Assembly: GCA_023266875.1 (NCBI GenBank)
Contig: JAHFOJ010000002.1
Span: forward strand, 3,163 to 67,162
Length of the DNA: 64,000 nucleotides
Direction: 5' to 3'
Source: Candidatus Giovannonibacteria bacterium
GTDB taxonomy: Bacteria > Patescibacteriota > Minisyncoccia > JACPKW01 > UBA11713
The notes under the pieces are model-generated. The model saw only the letters and a program-made list of their open reading frames with translations. It was not told the DNA's origin and searched no databases. Shown here in pieces: positions 56,903 through 64,000 of the stretch; positions within the stretch are counted from its first letter, which is position 1, and each line of letters starts with the position of its first letter. A program made the position numbers and the translations under genes.

Positions 56903-58126
56903 TTATTCGTACCTCAAAGCATCTATAGGATTCAGCCCCGCCGCGCGGCGCGCCGGATAAAAGCCGAATATAATTCCTATGGCGGCGGAAACTCCGAATG
57001 CAAGTAAAATCGAAGATATGGATACGCTCGTCTGAATAATTCCAAAATACGTTACCGCATATGATATAGTCCAGCCAAAAACAATCCCGATAAGTCCGCC
57101 AATAAATGTCAGCATGACCGCTTCCGTCAAAAATTGGAGGTTAATATCCCGCTTTGTCGCACCAATTGCTTTTCTAAGCCCGATTTCTTTAGTCCGCTCC
57201 GTTACCGTGGTCAACATCATATTCATGATCCCGATGCCCCCGACCAAAAGCGAGATCCCTGCAACCGCGCCCAAGAGAATCGTAAAAGTTTGAGTGACTG
57301 AAGATGCCGCCTGCACAATATCAGCTTGATTGAGCGTGTTAAAATCGGCCAGCTGTGGATCGGATATGCGATGGCGATCAAGCAGGAGATTTGTAATTTG
57401 TTCTTGAACTGTAGGCATCGACTGCTGATCTTGAGCTTGAATGCTGATCGTAGTTACATACGAGTCTCCCGCTAAAAAACGCTGGGCTGACGTAAGCGGG
57501 ACAAAAATCATATCATCTTGGCTCCCGAAACCAGATCCTCCTTTCGATTTGGTAATCCCGATTATCTTAAACTCGATACTTTTTATCCGAATTGCCTGCC
57601 CTATAGCGCTAGATCCTTCTCCAAAAAGATCATCGCGCGCCGTCGGCCCTAAAATCGCAACCTTTGAAAAGCTGAGCAAATTTTGCTCCGTGATAAACGA
57701 ACCTTCATCAATCTGGACATTCCGAACCTCCGGATAAAGAGAATTAGTTCCGATCACGGAGGTGTTTGTATTTTTTCCTTTGGCGGTTATCTGATAGCGT
57801 CCGGAGATTTCCGGGGCGACAGCACTCACTGAAGTAACATCTTTCGCTACAGCATCAGCATCCGCTTGTGTAAGCGTCCGCGCAGAGCCACGGCCTGAAG
57901 AAACCTGAAATCCAGGCCCCCGCTGAGCCCCCGGCATCACCAAAATGAGATTTGACCCAAGCGACTGTATAGATGATTGGATTGTCCCCTGCGCCCCCTG
58001 GCCGATCGCGACCAATGCGATAACCGAACTTATGCCGATTATGATGCCGAGCATTGTAAGTCCGGAGCGGGCTTTGTTCGCGGATAGCGCAGTATAAGTT
58101 TCCTCTAGAATATCGACAATAGTCAT
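56903..58126 (-). CDS. ABC transporter permease (MacB/FtsX family)
   Basis: An N-terminal TM segment, a periplasmic MacB_PCD-like domain and the C-terminal FtsX 3-TM domain. Confidence 0.85.
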   Translation of the reverse strand: MTIVDILEETYTALSANKARSGLTMLGIIIGISSVIALVAIGQGAQGTIQSSIQSLGSNLILVMPGAQRGPGFQVSSGRGSARTLTQADADAVAKDVTSVSAVAPEISGRYQITAKGKNTNTSVIGTNSLYPEVRNVQIDEGSFITEQNLLSFSKVAILGPTARDDLFGEGSSAIGQAIRIKSIEFKIIGITKSKGGSGFGSQDDMIFVPLTSAQRFLAGDSYVTTISIQAQDQQSMPTVQEQITNLLLDRHRISDPQLADFNTLNQADIVQAASSVTQTFTILLGAVAGISLLVGGIGIMNMMLTTVTERTKEIGLRKAIGATKRDINLQFLTEAVMLTFIGGLIGIVFGWTISYAVTYFGIIQTSVSISSILLAFGVSAAIGIIFGFYPARRAAGLNPIDALRYE

Positions 58127-58128
58127 TG

Positions 58129-58836
58129 TTATGTATGTTTTATGATTCTTTGCGAATGTTTTTTTGAATCACTTAAAATGAGCCCGTCTTTAATTTGGAT
58201 AATCCGATCCGCGTGCTCCGCCAAATCCTGCTCGTGAGTAATTAAAATTATCGTTCTTCCCTCGGTTTGATTCAGCTTTTGGAATGTGCCCATAACAATC
58301 TCTCCGGTTATTGAATCTAAATTTCCTGTCGGTTCATCCGCTAGAATTAGTTTTGGATCGTTAACAAGAGCGCGGGCGATTGCGACGCGCTGGATTTGTC
58401 CTCCAGAAAGCTGGTTCGAAAGATATTGGAAACGATCTTCATCAAGCCCCGCGGCCTTGAGCGCGATTTTCGCGCGTTCTTCGCGCTTCTCACGGTTCAC
58501 CCCGGTATAAACCAGCGGCAAGGTAGTGTTTCGCATTACTGTCGAGCGCGCCAAAAGATTGAAAGTTTGAAACACAAAACCGATCTTATCTTTTCTTATA
58601 TTCGCCAATTCATCATCAGAAAGTTTGGAAACGTCTTCGCCGTCAAGCAGATATGTCCCACTTGTCGGCGTATCGAGCGCGCCTAAAATATGCATCAATG
58701 TCGATTTTCCTGAACCGGACGGGCCCATGATAGCGACAAACTCGCCGTCGTCAATTTCAAAACTCACTCCGCGAAGCGCCCGAAATTCCACATCGCCCGT
58801 CTTATAAATCTTCGTTACGTTTTTAATTTCTATCAT
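58129..58836 (-). CDS. ABC transporter ATP-binding protein (MacB/LolD type)
   Basis: Walker [10 protein letters not shown], signature [15 protein letters not shown] and Walker [12 protein letters not shown]. Confidence 0.9.
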   Translation of the reverse strand: MIEIKNVTKIYKTGDVEFRALRGVSFEIDDGEFVAIMGPSGSGKSTLMHILGALDTPTSGTYLLDGEDVSKLSDDELANIRKDKIGFVFQTFNLLARSTVMRNTTLPLVYTGVNREKREERAKIALKAAGLDEDRFQYLSNQLSGGQIQRVAIARALVNDPKLILADEPTGNLDSITGEIVMGTFQKLNQTEGRTIILITHEQDLAEHADRIIQIKDGLILSDSKKHSQRIIKHT

Positions 58837-58837
58837 A

Positions 58838-60550
58838 CTATCGCCCTCCTCCAGTTGTTGGAATCCGCACGCCGCCGCCACCGATTCGAGCCCCTCCTCC
58901 AAGCAAACTTGGCGCTTGCTGGGTTGTCGTCACGGCCGCCGCAGCAATGATTCTTGTGACCACCTGATCGCCCTCCTTTAATCCGGATACAATTTCCGTG
59001 AAAGTATCATTCGAAAGTCCAATCTCGACTTGAAACTGTTTAGGCGGTATCGTCGATGGAGCGCCCTGAATTCTTTGGCTACCCTGGAGTGGCGCTTCAA
59101 AAATCTCAACATATTTAGTATTTCCTTGTGTCTTGACCGCGCTATTCGGAACCATCAAAACATCTTGTTTTATCTCGGTGATAATAGCTGCATTTACGCT
59201 CATGCCCGATTTCACTCTATCGTCTTGCGTATCAAAATTTATTTTCACGGCATAGGTTACGACACCCTGCGTAACAGCCCCGATAGAATCAATTTCAGAA
59301 ACTTGCCCTGCGATGCTTAAATTTTCGATAGCATCAAAAGTAAGCATAACCTTTTGCCCTGCGTTAATTTTTGCGGCATCGACTTCGTTTAAAGAAATTT
59401 CGGCGATTTTCTGTTTTGTGATAAGGGTCGCGACAATAGTAGCCGAAGAGATCGAGTCGGCTTTTTTAACACTGACTTTTGCCACTGTTCCCGAAAAGGG
59501 AGTACGGATTGAATAGTCAGCAAGTTTTTCTTTGGCGTCCGCTAGGGCATTTTCGCTCCTAGCAACTGAAAGTTCTCCGGATCGTACGTCTAAATCAGCG
59601 TTTAAAATAGAGTCTTTATCCGTTTTTATTTGATTTACGACATTGGCCAAATCAGCTAAGTGTGAATTGTTTTTAGAGGTATAGCTGTTGAGCGCAGTAA
59701 GATGTGTATTTGAAATAGAATTTGCCGCCGAGCCTTTTTGTGATAATTGATCCTGATAAAACTGAATAAAATTATTAGTATTCTTTGTGGCATCAGAAAT
59801 GCCAATCACAGTCGCGTATGTTTCGTTGATCAGTGCTTCAATTGCAGTGGGATCGGCAGCGCGCGAAGCGGATTGGAAATCCGCGAAGTTTTTGTCGTAG
59901 GCGATCCGCACTTTTTGATAGGCTGAAGTCGCAGCATTTCTATAATCAAGAATCTTGGAGTTAAAATTACTCACCGCGTCATTATAATAATCCACATTAT
60001 ACTGGCTCTTATTTAGATCATTTCCATAGAGAATATTCTGGATCCCCGTGATTACGGCCGGCAAATCCAAAAAAGAATTGGCGATAGCGGTATATCCTTC
60101 GTCATATGATTTTTTCAAACTATCTTGGGCATCCTGTTTATTTTTTGGCGTGGTTGCGCCTTCGGCTCCCCTCAATTTTTCAAGCGTGATCTTGGCGCTC
60201 TCGAGATTCGCTTCGGCGTCTCGAACAGCTTTTCTCGCATCAGCTTCGTCAATTTGTAAAATCAGCGCTCCTGCTTGGGCATAATCTCCATCCCTAACTC
60301 CAACAAAAATAACATCGCCGGATACTTTCGGCTTAATGTCAACCTGGCTTGTCGCCGAAACCTGACCCGATCCGGTTACAGAAACCGCGATGGTGCCCTT
60401 TTCTGCCATAGCCGTGACATAGCTCGTGACACTTTTCGCGCCGTATATTTTCTGATAGCCCCAATATGCGATCACGGCGGCAATAAGAATGATGACCGCG
60501 GAAAGTAATTTTCTTTTAGCCATCTTAGCTATAAGTTTTTTCATAAACAC
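58838..60550 (-). CDS. Periplasmic adaptor (membrane fusion protein, MacA/HlyD family) with a long coiled-coil
   Basis: An N-terminal TM segment, a beta-barrel/lipoyl pattern, an extended coiled-coil and a C-terminal Gly-rich tail. It is adjacent to the ABC components. Confidence 0.8.
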   Translation of the reverse strand: MFMKKLIAKMAKRKLLSAVIILIAAVIAYWGYQKIYGAKSVTSYVTAMAEKGTIAVSVTGSGQVSATSQVDIKPKVSGDVIFVGVRDGDYAQAGALILQIDEADARKAVRDAEANLESAKITLEKLRGAEGATTPKNKQDAQDSLKKSYDEGYTAIANSFLDLPAVITGIQNILYGNDLNKSQYNVDYYNDAVSNFNSKILDYRNAATSAYQKVRIAYDKNFADFQSASRAADPTAIEALINETYATVIGISDATKNTNNFIQFYQDQLSQKGSAANSISNTHLTALNSYTSKNNSHLADLANVVNQIKTDKDSILNADLDVRSGELSVARSENALADAKEKLADYSIRTPFSGTVAKVSVKKADSISSATIVATLITKQKIAEISLNEVDAAKINAGQKVMLTFDAIENLSIAGQVSEIDSIGAVTQGVVTYAVKINFDTQDDRVKSGMSVNAAIITEIKQDVLMVPNSAVKTQGNTKYVEIFEAPLQGSQRIQGAPSTIPPKQFQVEIGLSNDTFTEIVSGLKEGDQVVTRIIAAAAVTTTQQAPSLLGGGARIGGGGVRIPTTGGGR

Positions 60551-60552
60551 AG

Positions 60553-61032
60553 CTAACGACCAAATACGCGGATAAATTTCGCTTCAATCTGCCCCTTATC
60601 GTCAGGCGAGCCAATGATTACGATATTTTGGTCTACCTTTAGATCAGCAGGCTTAAGATTTTCCAGTCCGCTCCGGATGGCGGCTAAGTTAGAAACAATT
60701 ATAGTTTGTTCTTTATTGTTGCGTCCTTTAATAACGAGAGTTGTCTCTTGACCTGCTGCCACCGGATCAATTTTTATGATTACTCCAGAAATTCCGTGGG
60801 CGTTCATAAAATCCCCGTCGCCGTCGAGGTCTCCGAACATCATACCCATTGGGCCAATTCTCGGGCCTCCGAAATTACGGTGATAATTTTCCGCAAATCG
60901 ATAAGAAAAACCTGCCTTGCTAAACCCGACAAATTCTCCGGCTTTGAAAACCAAAAGAAATACGACAATAATCCCGATCGCAATAAGAATTTTTATAAAA
61001 AGTTTTGATTCAAAAAATGTTTTTATATCCAT
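60553..61032 (-). CDS. Hypothetical membrane-anchored protein, paralog of 56423..56863
   Basis: It shares an architecture and a C-terminal domain pattern (GISGVIIKIDPVAAGQETTLVIK...) with the gene at 56423. Confidence 0.45.
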   Translation of the reverse strand: MDIKTFFESKLFIKILIAIGIIVVFLLVFKAGEFVGFSKAGFSYRFAENYHRNFGGPRIGPMGMMFGDLDGDGDFMNAHGISGVIIKIDPVAAGQETTLVIKGRNNKEQTIIVSNLAAIRSGLENLKPADLKVDQNIVIIGSPDDKGQIEAKFIRVFGR

Positions 61033-61049
61033 AGTTTAATATGAATGGC

Positions 61050-61457
61050 CTATGCGCTTGCCCCGAACACGGCGTTTATATCGCGAACCAATAATTTAAG
61101 AGACCCTAGAAAAATAAATATTGCCGCAAGAACTCCTGTGACGCTGAAAATCGGAAGAGACTCCAAAGTTAACGACAAAGTGTCCGACCATGCCAGAAAC
61201 ACCTGGTCTAGATCGAAAAAAATAAGCGATAATAACTGCAGTAAACCTGAACGATAAAGCTCCGCCTGCATCAATTTAAAAGCAAGGACAAAAAGAAATA
61301 GCGAAACGGCTGATGTAAGTGAGTAAAGCCATACTCTCTGGCGCGCCGTCTTTCTATACTTTTCAGCCACAATTTTTTCCAAGATTCTCTCAAAAAGCCC
61401 ATTTGGCATTTTTGGCTTTTTAAGGTCTTTGTATGGTTTTGGCATATCTTTGGCCAC
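61050..61457 (-). CDS. Putative anti-sigma factor (membrane protein downstream of the ECF sigma)
   Basis: 135 aa with a short N-terminal cytoplasmic segment and 2-3 TM helices. It lies immediately downstream of the ECF sigma factor gene. Confidence 0.45.
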   Translation of the reverse strand: MAKDMPKPYKDLKKPKMPNGLFERILEKIVAEKYRKTARQRVWLYSLTSAVSLFLFVLAFKLMQAELYRSGLLQLLSLIFFDLDQVFLAWSDTLSLTLESLPIFSVTGVLAAIFIFLGSLKLLVRDINAVFGASA

Positions 61458-61533
61458 ACCTGGCTCTATATACTAATACGAAAGAAAAGGCGTATTTGGT
61501 GCGCTCTTTTGGTATAGCGTCAATTAGGCCTTA

Positions 61534-62094
61534 TTATTCGGACAAAAGACCTCTAAGAGCGGACATGGCTCTTCGGTGCCGGCTTTTAACCGTATGAATT
61601 GATTCGCCGGTTATTTTAGCAATCTCGGCAAAAGAAAGATCGCTATTGTAGCGGAACGCTAAAACATCGCGGTATTTGCGAGAAAGCGATCCGGCAACTT
61701 TACGAACAGAATCCATTAAGCTTTTTCTGTTAGAAACCATATCCGGCATAGGCGCTTCATCAATAAGCGTTTCCGCCAAGACATTTTTGCCAAGAACGTT
61801 TTCAAATGAAGAGAAAGAAACTGATGATTTTTTCTTCAAAAAATCAATCGCTGTATTTTTAGCAATGCTATAAACCCAAGTTTTAAAATTTTTTTCCTTG
61901 TCAAATTTTTTTATGCTTTTCCAGACTTTCACGAACACTTCTTGTGTCACATCTTCCGCTATTTCAGAAGTCCCAACCCAGCGATAAGCGAACCTATATA
62001 TCGGAACTAAATAGCGTTTAATTAAAATTTCAAGCGCCGATTCATCCCCTCTTAAGTATCTAGCCACAAGCTCTTTGTCTATAAATTCATACAT
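61534..62094 (-). CDS. RNA polymerase sigma-70 factor, ECF subfamily
   Basis: Sigma region 2 (YLVPIYRFAYRWVGTSEIAEDVTQEVFVKVWK) and region 4 HTH (LSFAEIAKITGESIHTVKSRHRRA). Confidence 0.85.
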   Translation of the reverse strand: MYEFIDKELVARYLRGDESALEILIKRYLVPIYRFAYRWVGTSEIAEDVTQEVFVKVWKSIKKFDKEKNFKTWVYSIAKNTAIDFLKKKSSVSFSSFENVLGKNVLAETLIDEAPMPDMVSNRKSLMDSVRKVAGSLSRKYRDVLAFRYNSDLSFAEIAKITGESIHTVKSRHRRAMSALRGLLSE

Positions 62095-62113
62095 ATACTG
62101 ATTATAACGTATT

Positions 62114-62710
62114 TTACTGAACTTTGTTTTTATATATTGCCGCACTCATCGCTCTTCGCCTCCAAAAATCGCCAGCGGAGTCGAGAATAAAACTTAAAAT
62201 AAGAACGGCGACCATCCCCGCGCCTATCATTTTAGTAAGATCATCTTCCCTTTTTTCAACTTCGCGCATATTGCGCCCTGAGGCAACAAACCATCCAGAA
62301 TTATCCGGCACAGGCCGAACCACCAGCGCGATGCGAGTGGAAGAATTTGGCTGCCACGTTACCTTATTTTCACCGTAAGATTTAGCATGCTCAAAAACTC
62401 CAGCCGGCGGTTTTGGCAGTGCATTATCAATTATCGCAGAAGATTCTAGAGGATTCCCGTCTTTATCAAAAATAGCTATGAACGGAGCAAGATCTTCTGA
62501 AATGTTAATTATAGTTCCGCGCGGCACAACATCAACCGGTTTTTTACCGGACGCAAGCGCCCTCGCTCCATCCTCTGCTATTTGAATTTGCGGGTCGTTT
62601 AGTGACTGACGGTAATTTTGCTGTACCGTAACATACAAAAGCCCGCATATTCCGATGATTGCGGCCCCTAGGGGTAGCCAGTGAAAAAATAGTCCGTTAA
62701 ATCTATTCAT
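62114..62710 (-). CDS. Hypothetical membrane protein
   Basis: About 199 aa with N- and C-terminal TM helices and no recognisable family. The start is chosen to avoid tRNA-Trp. Confidence 0.4.
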   Translation of the reverse strand: MNRFNGLFFHWLPLGAAIIGICGLLYVTVQQNYRQSLNDPQIQIAEDGARALASGKKPVDVVPRGTIINISEDLAPFIAIFDKDGNPLESSAIIDNALPKPPAGVFEHAKSYGENKVTWQPNSSTRIALVVRPVPDNSGWFVASGRNMREVEKREDDLTKMIGAGMVAVLILSFILDSAGDFWRRRAMSAAIYKNKVQ

Positions 62711-62725
62711 TATAAAGTTTAATTG

Positions 62726-62797
62726 CGGGGGCTGAGGGAATCGGACCCCCAACCGCGGTTTTGGAGACCGCTATTATACCATTTAACTAAGCCCCCC
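62726..62797 (-). tRNA. tRNA-Trp (anticodon CCA); the 3' CCA is not encoded
   Basis: Manual cloverleaf: acceptor GGGGGCT/AGCCCCC, anticodon stem GCGGT/ACCGC with loop CTCCAAA and T-arm GGGGG-TCCGATT-CCCTC. Confidence 0.7.
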
Positions 62798-62905
62798 GAT
62801 TTAAATTTTATTTAATCAACTTTGCTCCTTAATTAAAGCATATTTGTAATTAACCGCAAAAAATAGGCCTCAATATAAGCAATTGTTACAGAACCATAAG
62901 ATAGA

Positions 62906-63064
62906 TTATACCTTTGCTTCTTTGTGAGCTGTGCGTTTATCACACCACTTACAGAATTTTTGAAGCTCAATCTTGCGCTCCACCGTTTTCTTATTTTTGG
63001 TCGTATAATAGTTATCCCTCTTGCAAACCGAGCACCGCAATTTAAAAAGTTTATCCTGTGACAT
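62906..63064 (-). CDS. rpmG: 50S ribosomal protein L33
   Basis: Manual translation gives MSQDKLFKLRCSVCKRDNYYTTKNKKTVERKIELQKFCKWCDKRTAHKEAKV, an L33 zinc ribbon. It is absent from the ORF track because it is under 60 aa. Confidence 0.88.
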   Translation of the reverse strand: MSQDKLFKLRCSVCKRDNYYTTKNKKTVERKIELQKFCKWCDKRTAHKEAKV

Positions 63065-63113
63065 ATTAACAGATGTTAGCAGAGATGCTTTATTATTTCA
63101 AGAATTAAAACGC

Positions 63114-64000
63114 CTACCAAATCTTAGCCCGCGCTTCTGACTCGCGAAACATTTTATCGCCAATTTTTAATCCGAAAGTTTTGTAGAACGGCTCGAAGTT
63201 TGAAAGAGGAATATTGACTCTATAACGAGCCGGGGAATGAGGATCGATTGTAGCAAGCCTTCGCGCCTCTTCCGGGCGCTCGTGCCCGCATTCAGCGACC
63301 GCAAAGCCAAAAAAGAAAAGTTCTTCAGGATTATATTTTCCATGAGAACCGGAAATGTTTTTGCCTGACACCGCTTCCTTGAAAGCGTCATAAGCGATCG
63401 TAAGCCCCGCAAGATCCGCGATATTTTCTCCGAGCGTGAGCTCACCCTTTACATGGGCCTCATCAACCGCCATAAGCTCGTCAAATTGAGACACTAGGAT
63501 GCGCGCTCTATCTTCGAACTTCTTTCTATCTTCCTCGAGCCACCATTCATTCATATTGCCAAATTCATCAAATTTGCTTCCTTTATCATCAAACGCGTGG
63601 GAAAGTTCGTGTCCAATTATCGAACCTATTGCGCCGTAATTTATCGCTTCAAAAGCATCGGGATCAAAAAAAGGCGGCTGCAAAATTCCGGCTGGGAAAA
63701 CAATTTCGTTAAAGGTAAAATTGCAATAGGCATTCACTGTCTGCGGCGTCATCCCCCATTCCGTCCTGTCCACTGGTTTTCCTACTTTCGAAAGCCGGCG
63801 CCTTGATTCAAACTCTGATGCCCTGAAAATATTCTCTGCAAAAGAATCATTCATAATTTCAAGCGCCGAATAATCCCTCCATTTTTCCGGATAACCAAGC
63901 TTCCTCGTAATTGCCCCGAGCTTCAAAAGTGCCCTTTCCTTGGTTTCCGCTGTCATCCATTCGAGGACTTTAATTCTATTCTCAAAGGCATGGGTTATGT
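63114..64000 (-). CDS. M13-family zinc metallopeptidase (PepO/neprilysin-like), C-terminal part; the 5' end lies beyond the window
   Basis: HExxH (IIGHELSHAFD), ENIADLAG and the C-terminal M13 pattern ...NIPLSNFEPFYKTF...W. The frame stays open to the window end. Confidence 0.8.
   Translation of the reverse strand, partial: ITHAFENRIKVLEWMTAETKERALLKLGAITRKLGYPEKWRDYSALEIMNDSFAENIFRASEFESRRRLSKVGKPVDRTEWGMTPQTVNAYCNFTFNEIVFPAGILQPPFFDPDAFEAINYGAIGSIIGHELSHAFDDKGSKFDEFGNMNEWWLEEDRKKFEDRARILVSQFDELMAVDEAHVKGELTLGENIADLAGLTIAYDAFKEAVSGKNISGSHGKYNPEELFFFGFAVAECGHERPEEARRLATIDPHSPARYRVNIPLSNFEPFYKTFGLKIGDKMFRESEARAKIW

Noticed and set aside
1-64000. Search for rRNA genes, CRISPR arrays, transposases, integrases and prophage genes
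   Set aside because: None of these signatures was found anywhere in the window.

Overview
This window is a small-genome, AT-rich bacterial locus with CPR/Patescibacteria-like traits (inference): short proteins, scattered ribosomal-protein genes, a short AspRS and GluRS. Most of it is housekeeping. It opens with the 3' end of alaS and an FtsA-like gene, then an infA-rpmJ-rpsM-rpsK-rpsD-rpoA-rplQ-rplM-rpsI ribosomal block. A CIRCE-controlled hrcA-grpE-dnaK-dnaJ heat-shock cluster is interrupted by an antisense small basic gene. tRNA-Lys(CTT) is followed by a DsbA/VKOR pair, ddl, mpg, rmuC and rplU. recR, dnaB, cysS and a CorA-like gene with a GMN->SID motif lie on the opposite strand, then ctpA, rplI and rpmA. 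Further on the minus strand are a standalone Cas4-like PD-(D/E)XK nuclease, an M23 peptidase and gltX. A dcw-type block follows, murG-ftsW-murD-[D-aminoacylase]-mraY-dacA, then scpBA and aspS. Next come an ArsR regulator flanked by a palindromic ATTCGTACGAAT motif, and a multi-TM sensor kinase with a methyltransferase. The most unusual part is a roughly 10-kb AT-richer lipid/biosynthetic island (44.7-54.5 kb) bounded by a strong terminator and tRNA-Glu(CTC). It holds a secreted multi-domain class-2 lipase, two PlsC-like acyltransferases, an SRPBCC lipid-binding protein and a tightly overlapping 11-gene minus-strand operon. That operon encodes an Sfp-type PPTase, a FabH-like ketosynthase, a thioester reductase, an ACP, a truncated SerRS-like amino acid:[carrier protein] ligase, a SAM methyltransferase, two diiron-oxidase-like proteins, a second ACP and an acyl-CoA dehydrogenase homolog. 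This is a carrier-protein-based pathway not expected in such organisms. The right end carries murF, an ECF sigma/anti-sigma pair next to a MacAB-type efflux module flanked by two paralogous small membrane proteins, tRNA-Trp(CCA), rpmG and the 3' part of an M13 peptidase. Also notable is a paired-stem RNA element, conserved in both copies, in the intergenic leaders of rpsM and rpsK. No rRNA, CRISPR array, transposase or integrase was found.
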